Program-made: the position numbers and the translations under genes
From: Thalassolituus maritimus
GTDB lineage: Bacteria; Pseudomonadota; Gammaproteobacteria; Pseudomonadales; Oceanobacteraceae
DNA length: 32,000 nt
Assembly (NCBI RefSeq): GCF_040372045.1
Contig: NZ_BAABWH010000005.1
Reading direction: 5' to 3' (one strand)
Shown: positions 26,446 through 32,000 of the stretch, piece by piece
Layout of the letters: each line of letters begins with the position of its first letter
How positions within the stretch are numbered: position 1 is the first letter of the stretch
Notes under the pieces: model-generated
Told to the model about the DNA's origin: nothing
The model's input: only the letters and a program-made list of their open reading frames with translations
Databases searched by the model: none

Positions 26446-26474
26446 AAGGGAGCTATGCTCCCTTTTTTGTTTTT
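26443..26474 (+). terminator. Rho-independent terminator of sodB
   Basis: aaaaa-gggagc-tat-gctccc-ttttttgtttt: a 6-bp GC-rich stem (26448-26453 / 26457-26462) followed by a long T-tract. Confidence 0.85.
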
Positions 26475-26492
26475 ACGATCAGGTAACCCACC

Positions 26493-27086
26493 ATGTCTTT
26501 TTCACTGCTACTGGCGTCGAGTTCACCCTATCGGGCCGAGATTCTCGCAAAACTCCGTATTCCTTTTACGCAGGCGGCTCCAGACGTCGATGAAACACCC
26601 CGTACCAATGAAGCACCGTCAGACTACGTACTAAGACTTTCAGTCGAAAAAGCGAGAGCACTCCGGGCACAACATCCAGAGCACTGGATCATAGGCAGTG
26701 ATCAAACCTGTGTCGTGGACGGCAAGCCCGTCGGTAAGGCGGGGCAATCGGACAAGGCCGTCGCACAACTCAAACAGGTTCAGGGGCGAAAGATTACTTT
26801 CCTCACAGGCCTGTGCCTGCTATCACCACAAGGAAGGGAATACACGTTGGTCGAACCCTTTGAAGTGCACTTCCACGACCTGCCTGAAAATGTACTGGAG
26901 CGATACGTTGAAATCGAGAAACCCCTAGACTGTGCAGGTAGCTTTAAAGTGGAGGGCTTGGGTATCACGCTATTTTCCGCACTAGGCGGGCGCGATACAA
27001 ATTCACTTGTGGGACTGCCGCTGATTGGACTATGCGAACTGATGCGCGAGGCAGGACTTGAGCCACTGACATTGGCGGAAGCGTAG
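26493..27086 (+). CDS. yceF: Maf-family nucleoside triphosphate pyrophosphatase, YceF subfamily
   Basis: 197 aa, collinear with my recollection of E. coli YceF. Shared segments: LLLASSSPYRAEILAKLRIPF..AAPDVDETP, IIGSDQ.CV.DG...GKP, HF..L......YV..E.PL.CAGSFK.EG.GITLF and NSLVGLPLI.LC. Confidence 0.9.
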   Translation: MSFSLLLASSSPYRAEILAKLRIPFTQAAPDVDETPRTNEAPSDYVLRLSVEKARALRAQHPEHWIIGSDQTCVVDGKPVGKAGQSDKAVAQLKQVQGRKITFLTGLCLLSPQGREYTLVEPFEVHFHDLPENVLERYVEIEKPLDCAGSFKVEGLGITLFSALGGRDTNSLVGLPLIGLCELMREAGLEPLTLAEA

Positions 27087-27127
27087 CCTCCGCCAACAGG
27101 CCCTTCTCAAGAGGTCTTTATTCCTCT

Positions 27128-29026
27128 TTATTTCTGAACAGGCAGTCCCTGGAACAGGCGTTCAAGCTGCATATCAGCTTCATCAACACCCAACTCTTCC
27201 GACACTGTAAACTCCCAGATGCCGTTGAATTTATCACGGGTCAGCGTCTTGGCTTTACCACCGTCATCGACAATGGTCGGGCGCAAGAACACCATCAGAT
27301 TACTCTTCACCTGATTAACGCTCTTAGAGCGGAACAACCAACCCAGTAATGGAATATCACCCAACAGAGGTACCTTGCTCACCACTTCACGAACGTCGTC
27401 ACGGATCAGACCACCCAACACGATCGTCTCACCGTCCTCAGACAGAATCATGGTTTTAATAGAGCGCTTGTTGGTAATCAGGTCAGCACTGCCAGCAACG
27501 GTAGTATTGGATACAGATTCCGCTGTCGCTTCCACTTCCAGTCGGATCGCCTCACCGTCGTGAATGTGAGGAATCACTTTCAACGTAACACCCACGTCCT
27601 GTCGATCAATTGTGGTGAATGGGTTTGTGTTGGTACTGGATGCTGTTTGCCCGGTCACGAAGGGAACATTCTGACCCACAACAATCTCAGCTTCCTGGTT
27701 GTCCAGCGTCATGATGCTCGGAGTCGACAACAGGTTGGTCGACGAATTACTTTTCAGAGCCTGAATAATGACACCGAAATCGATATCGCCACCAGACTCT
27801 TTAAACCCACCAATGGTCAGACCCGAGCCTACCGCGTTGGCGTAAGTTGATGGCCCGCCCGCCACTGCACCGGCAATGGTCGCAAGGTCTGGTCCGGCAT
27901 TGTTAAAGCTGGTTCCGGCAACAGGGGAGTCCAGATCACCACGAACCCACTGCACACCCAGTGCATCGCTGGTGTCGCCTGTCACTTCGATAATTGCCGA
28001 TTCAATCAGTACTTGCGCGCGACGTACATCGAGTGAATTAACCAGTTCCTGTACTTCTTTAAGGATAGAAGGCTCAGCACGCACAACGAGCGCATTCAGC
28101 TCTTCATCCGCGTGAATACCAACCTCGCCTTTCACCTTGGCTTCTTCGCCCGAACCCGTGCTGCTACCCATCAGGTTCTTCAACATCTCAGCCAGCTTGG
28201 TGGCATCGGCGTATTGCAGACGAATAACCTGAGCACTGCCGCTGAAATATGAAGGCTGGTCGAGCTGTTCGATCAGACCGCGGATACGCTCACGCGCCGT
28301 TTTCTCACCCTTGATGATAAGACGATTGCTACGCTCGTCTGCCACAACACGGATACTGCCAGCGGTGTTGTTATTGTCCGTATTTCCCTGAGAGACCTTC
28401 GATGGATCGAGGCTCTGCAACATGGTCACAACGTTGCCCACCCAGGCTTCTTTAAGCTGAATAACTTCAAGCTCTTCAGATCCTGAACGGTCAAGGCGGT
28501 CTATGATTTCCTCGATACGATTAATATTGATCGCGTGATCAGAAATAATCAGCGCGTTGGCCGATTTCACACCGGCCAGATGACCGTATTTCGCCACCAG
28601 AGGGCGAAGGATCGGCACCAGATCCAGCGCAGGCGTGTTCTTGATCATAATGACCTTAGTCAGCAACTCCTGACTGTCGACACCCGCTCGCTCTTCAAGG
28701 CTACGACCCGCTTGCTTCACATCGTTCTGCTGGATAATCAGCGTCACATCACCGGCGGGAACCGCCGCAAGACCATGAATCTGCAATACCGACAGGAAAA
28801 GTTCATAGACACCTTCCTGATTCATCGGCTCACTGGAGAGCACGCTGACCTTGCCTTTCACACGCGGATCAAGGACAAAACTTTTCCCTGTAATATCGGC
28901 AACCTGACTGATAAACGCTTCTATGTCCGCGTCCTTCAGATTGATCTGCCAGCTTTCATTCGCTTGCAGTGGCATCGCCATGCTTGCCATCAATAACATG
29001 GCCATCAGCCAACGTCTGAGCAACAT
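27128..29026 (-). CDS. gspD: Type II secretion system secretin
   Basis: 632 aa with a signal peptide. N0 domain INLKDADIEAFISQVADITGKSFVLDPRVKGKVSV. C-terminal secretin core is VPLLGDIPLLGWLFRS....NLMVFLRPTIV. Its start overlaps the gspC stop (TGATG). Confidence 0.92.
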   Translation of the reverse strand: MLLRRWLMAMLLMASMAMPLQANESWQINLKDADIEAFISQVADITGKSFVLDPRVKGKVSVLSSEPMNQEGVYELFLSVLQIHGLAAVPAGDVTLIIQQNDVKQAGRSLEERAGVDSQELLTKVIMIKNTPALDLVPILRPLVAKYGHLAGVKSANALIISDHAININRIEEIIDRLDRSGSEELEVIQLKEAWVGNVVTMLQSLDPSKVSQGNTDNNNTAGSIRVVADERSNRLIIKGEKTARERIRGLIEQLDQPSYFSGSAQVIRLQYADATKLAEMLKNLMGSSTGSGEEAKVKGEVGIHADEELNALVVRAEPSILKEVQELVNSLDVRRAQVLIESAIIEVTGDTSDALGVQWVRGDLDSPVAGTSFNNAGPDLATIAGAVAGGPSTYANAVGSGLTIGGFKESGGDIDFGVIIQALKSNSSTNLLSTPSIMTLDNQEAEIVVGQNVPFVTGQTASSTNTNPFTTIDRQDVGVTLKVIPHIHDGEAIRLEVEATAESVSNTTVAGSADLITNKRSIKTMILSEDGETIVLGGLIRDDVREVVSKVPLLGDIPLLGWLFRSKSVNQVKSNLMVFLRPTIVDDGGKAKTLTRDKFNGIWEFTVSEELGVDEADMQLERLFQGLPVQK

Positions 29027-29919
29027 CAGTTCCGAGCTCCAAAACTCTGATTAATCATAAAACGGCTATTGCCGCGCTGTACTTCTATCTGGGCGCGACC
29101 TTCCTGCATCACCTGATCAAGCAACGCCTGATCGGAAGACGCATCCCCCAATTGCTGTCCGTTTATCGACAGCAACACATCACCGGGTTTCATCCCAGCT
29201 TTCAATAATATAGAACTGCCTTCAACGCGATATCCCTCACCAACGCCAACGGACTCCAATCCAAGTCCATCAATCACCACCTCCGGTGACTGACTGGCTG
29301 CTTCGCTGGCAATCCCCATGAAATCAGAGGGTCGACGTATCCGGCTAAATCTGTCACGCAGTTCCGTGACACGTTCTTCACGGACTTCACGATCTGTGGG
29401 CGCCGGAGCCTGAGCAGAGACGCCCACGCCGCGGTTAGAAAACTCTTCAAACTTAAGTGTCTCAAGCTTACCCGCGGTATCAAGGATCACTTTATCGGGG
29501 TACACACCAGCGAGCTTAGTACGGCCCTGAACCACGTCCCCGACACGGTAAAAATCACCTTTACCGCCCTTCTGCGCAATAATGGCACTGGACATCTCAG
29601 CCACACTCGATTGCATAACTCCAAGCAGCTCGAGGCGTAGACGCGTATCAGGCGCATCCACTTCCTGCACAGCCACCACAGGCTCAGCACCCACCTCACC
29701 AAACAAATGATACTGAGCGGTACTGACTTGCGGCGCCGCCTGAGAGGCCGACTTACCAGCAACAGGTGCTTTCAGGGTGATGGGCTCAGGCGCCAGGACC
29801 ATCCAGAAAATCGTCGCCAGAAGCCACGCAGTAAGCAAAGTCAGACTGACGTAGGCGAGACGCTTGACCCATTTCTGCCAGGGGGCGAGTTCAACAGCTT
29901 GATTCACTACTGCGACCAT
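29026..29919 (-). CDS. gspC: Type II secretion system protein C (with PDZ domain)
   Basis: N-terminal TM segment (YVSLTLLTAWLLATIFWMVL). A central HR-like region. C-terminal PDZ (LKAGMKPGDVLLSINGQQLGD). It sits immediately upstream of gspD and is translationally coupled to it. Confidence 0.75.
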   Translation of the reverse strand: MVAVVNQAVELAPWQKWVKRLAYVSLTLLTAWLLATIFWMVLAPEPITLKAPVAGKSASQAAPQVSTAQYHLFGEVGAEPVVAVQEVDAPDTRLRLELLGVMQSSVAEMSSAIIAQKGGKGDFYRVGDVVQGRTKLAGVYPDKVILDTAGKLETLKFEEFSNRGVGVSAQAPAPTDREVREERVTELRDRFSRIRRPSDFMGIASEAASQSPEVVIDGLGLESVGVGEGYRVEGSSILLKAGMKPGDVLLSINGQQLGDASSDQALLDQVMQEGRAQIEVQRGNSRFMINQSFGARN

Positions 29920-29939
29920 TATTAATCAAAGCGCTCAGG

Positions 29940-30719
29940 TTATAGAAACTTCTGCGACACTTCAAAAATTACCGTGTCGGGTTCCGCTTGTTTATCAGGC
30001 CAGCTCTGTCCTGCAATATCCACAGCACGACGCAATACCGTCATGCCCCCCCAACCATCAGGCTGCATAAACAACTGCCCTAACGGATCGCCCTCTGCGG
30101 TTGCCACAGGGACAACCAGCTTGTCACCTTCCATCATCAGATTGGCGACCAGCATCGGTAATTCGGTATCAACAGACTGGCGCTCAACCCGGGCACGGAG
30201 CTGACCACCGGAATAAACCAGCTGACCAGTAGCGTCGCTGACTTTACGATTGGCGATATCAATATTGGCATTCAGGCGACTGAGCTCGAAGTCGCCCTCG
30301 AGAGTTGCGCGCGCCTGAATTAAAAGAGGCATCAGAGCAGCACTGTTCACATAGCCAGAGACATCCGTCAGTTGCAGCTGATCAGGCAGACCGGAAAATA
30401 AGCCGTTGGCGTGCGCCTGACCCTCGAAGCGCACATTGTCGCCAGTGGCCTTAAGCTCAAGATCCGCCGCGCCCGTCATTAATGACCACGGGCTAAGCTG
30501 CCATTCGGTCGCCACGATGCCTGCCTGAGGAATACCGAGATTGACCCACCCCTGCCAGACAGTCCCTGCTGGATTTTCAATACGCACAGGTAAGCTACGT
30601 GCATGTGGCTCGGCGTATTTCCAGAGAAAATGAATCGGAGTGGTGGCAACCACTATCAGAGTAAAGGCCAGCAGACCAAGCAGGATGTACCACTTAGCTG
30701 ACCACACGGCACGCAGCAT
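29940..30719 (-). CDS. gspN: Type II secretion system protein N
   Basis: 259 aa with a single N-terminal TM segment (WYILLGLLAFTLIVVATTPI). Contains the GTVWQG motif. Size and position next to gspC fit the GspN family. The call rests partly on context. Confidence 0.65.
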   Translation of the reverse strand: MLRAVWSAKWYILLGLLAFTLIVVATTPIHFLWKYAEPHARSLPVRIENPAGTVWQGWVNLGIPQAGIVATEWQLSPWSLMTGAADLELKATGDNVRFEGQAHANGLFSGLPDQLQLTDVSGYVNSAALMPLLIQARATLEGDFELSRLNANIDIANRKVSDATGQLVYSGGQLRARVERQSVDTELPMLVANLMMEGDKLVVPVATAEGDPLGQLFMQPDGWGGMTVLRRAVDIAGQSWPDKQAEPDTVIFEVSQKFL

Positions 30720-30854
30720 AATTTTTATATCTTTCCTTAGTTAGGCTGGACATTCTATCAGTCGGCGGGACAAATTTAACCTGAGATTACTCTGTTGGCG
30801 TAAATAATAGTCAATCAACGCGAATACGACGGAGGCAGTCAGGTTAGCACCGCA

Positions 30855-31196
30855 TTATGACAACGAAATAACAACCCGGGACAACCCTAATTCCAGCGCC
30901 AGAGCAGTATCACCGTCGGCGAGTCGTAGTTTTTGGGTACGGGTAAGCTTCTTAACGCGAAGCTCTGCCCGAAGCGCGTCGCCGTGTGTCCCCACTTTCG
31001 CAGCATAGCGCAGAGTAAGTGGTCCCTTACCGCGCAGGGATCGCGCAGTCTTGCTCTTGTTAGCCGCATGCTCATGAAATCGTCTTGCAACATCAAGGGT
31101 GATACCGCAATAGAGCTGACCCGATGCCGTTTCAATCAAGTAGAGATACCAACAGGTCTGCGGCTCAACAGCCACAGTGTTATTTTCTTCAGTCAT
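30855..31196 (-). CDS. yhbQ: GIY-YIG nuclease-superfamily protein (UPF0213 / YhbQ-like)
   Basis: WYLYLIETASGQLYCGITLDVARRFHEHAANKS...LRGKGPLTLRYAAKVG....ALRAELRVKKLTRTQKLRL is collinear with my recollection of YhbQ. Confidence 0.85.
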   Translation of the reverse strand: MTEENNTVAVEPQTCWYLYLIETASGQLYCGITLDVARRFHEHAANKSKTARSLRGKGPLTLRYAAKVGTHGDALRAELRVKKLTRTQKLRLADGDTALALELGLSRVVISLS

Positions 31197-31271
31197 GTTT
31201 GCAGTATGCCAGCTTTACCGTATCGTGTGGCTTTTGCGGTCTTCTCTGCTTTTTAGCATAGGGTTTTGAGT

Positions 31272-31940
31272 ATGCATTCTGTTTTCCGCGATCCCATCAG
31301 CGGTCTCTCTCACTTGCTGGGCGCTCTGTTTGCCATTGTCGCCCTGTGCATCCTGATGGTTCGCGCCGCGACCTATGGCTCCACACTTCATATCGTCGCA
31401 TTCGCTGTTTTTGGTACCACTTTACTGATGATGTTTGCCAGTAGCGCGCTCTACCACCTGGTGCACGCACCTGCGCATGTCATTCTATGGCTGAAGCGTA
31501 TCGATCACATGGCGATATTCATGCTGATCGCAGGCACTTATACACCCTTTTGCCTCATCCCACTGGCTGGCGATACTGGATTAGGGTTATTGATCGCTGT
31601 GTGGGGGCTCGCCGTGGCAGGAATCGGGTTAAAACTTTTCTGGATTACGGCCCCGCGCTGGCTGTCGACGGTTGTGTACGTTGCTATGGGCTGGCTGGTT
31701 GTATTCGCCTATGAGCCAGCCATGGAGCGCGTCCCCGAAGGCGCTTTACTGTGGTTACTATACGGCGGCATCGCTTACTCGATCGGCGCAGTTGTATACG
31801 CACTGCGCTGGCCCGATCCCTGGCCCCGCTGGGTAGGGTTCCACGAAATATGGCATGTCTTCGTGATGGCCGGTGCGTTCTGCCATTTCTGGGCAGTCGC
31901 GTTCCATTTACCTCAGGTTGTTGTTGGAGCAAACCCATGA
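31272..31940 (+). CDS. Hemolysin III / PAQR family membrane protein (YqfA-like)
   Basis: Seven hydrophobic segments. Motifs SALYH, DHMAIFMLIAGTYTPF and HEIWHVFVMAGAFCHF. I prefer the ATG at 31272; the track uses the TTG at 31266. Confidence 0.85.
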   Translation: MHSVFRDPISGLSHLLGALFAIVALCILMVRAATYGSTLHIVAFAVFGTTLLMMFASSALYHLVHAPAHVILWLKRIDHMAIFMLIAGTYTPFCLIPLAGDTGLGLLIAVWGLAVAGIGLKLFWITAPRWLSTVVYVAMGWLVVFAYEPAMERVPEGALLWLLYGGIAYSIGAVVYALRWPDPWPRWVGFHEIWHVFVMAGAFCHFWAVAFHLPQVVVGANP

Positions 31941-32000
31941 ATGAGGGACTGTACATTAACCACCGGATCACACTGCCTTGGGCAGAGATCAATCTGAAAG
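31937..32000 (+). CDS. arfB: Probable alternative ribosome-rescue factor ArfB (peptidyl-tRNA hydrolase), 5' end only
   Basis: The ATG at 31937 overlaps the upstream stop (ATGA). My translation MNEGLYINHRITLPWAEINLK fits the ArfB N-terminal pattern (h-h-I-x-x-x-h-x-h-P-x-x-E-h-x-h-x-A). Only 21 codons are visible. Confidence 0.45.
   Translation, partial: MNEGLYINHRITLPWAEINLK

Noticed and set aside
27073-27095. 7-bp hairpin tggcgga/tccgcca overlapping the yceF stop, as a possible terminator
   Set aside because: No U-tract follows on either strand, and only 41 nt separate the convergent yceF and gspD genes. The evidence is insufficient.
1-32000. Genomic island, mobile element, CRISPR or tRNA signals
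   Set aside because: I saw no transposase, integrase, phage structural gene, direct-repeat array or cloverleaf-like intergenic sequence. Composition looks uniform by eye. I could not run tRNA or IS scans.

Overview
This window looks like densely coding chromosomal DNA from a Gram-negative gammaproteobacterium. That placement is inferred from the gene families present (T2SS GspN/C/D, PpnN, YceF, YhbQ, SodB, DUF1302/DUF1329); the GC content looks roughly balanced by eye. I support 31 CDS, two of them cut by the window edges and absent from the ORF track, plus several clear rho-independent terminators and a few small repeats. I found no rRNA, tRNA, CRISPR array, transposase, integrase or other mobile-element signature.

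Most genes are housekeeping or envelope functions:
- thiolase, PurU, PpnN, alkaline phosphatase and pterin dehydratase
- class I fumarase, Fe-SOD, Maf/YceF and a GIY-YIG protein
- a hemolysin-III family protein and the start of ArfB

The main finding is a compact five-gene minus-strand operon at 14247-19454. It encodes, in order:
- an outer-membrane protein with a periplasmic LpoB/CsgG-like domain and a small C-terminal beta-barrel
- a TPR lipoprotein
- a bitopic inner-membrane protein whose cytoplasmic half looks like FliG middle and C-terminal domains, and whose periplasmic half contains ring-building-motif-like segments (a FliF/FliG-like chimera)
- a complete MotA/MotB-type stator

No other flagellar gene lies within 32 kb. 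I read this as a candidate non-flagellar, proton-motive-force-driven trans-envelope machine of unknown output.

Secondary points of interest:
- a lipoprotein lipase-DUF1302-DUF1329 operon divergent from a thiolase gene
- an isolated gspN-gspC-gspD block with no gspE-M
- a secreted tail-collar-domain protein in a non-phage context
- a tandem pair of divergent small secreted proteins
- an AGTACT-rich tandem repeat in the sodB 3' UTR
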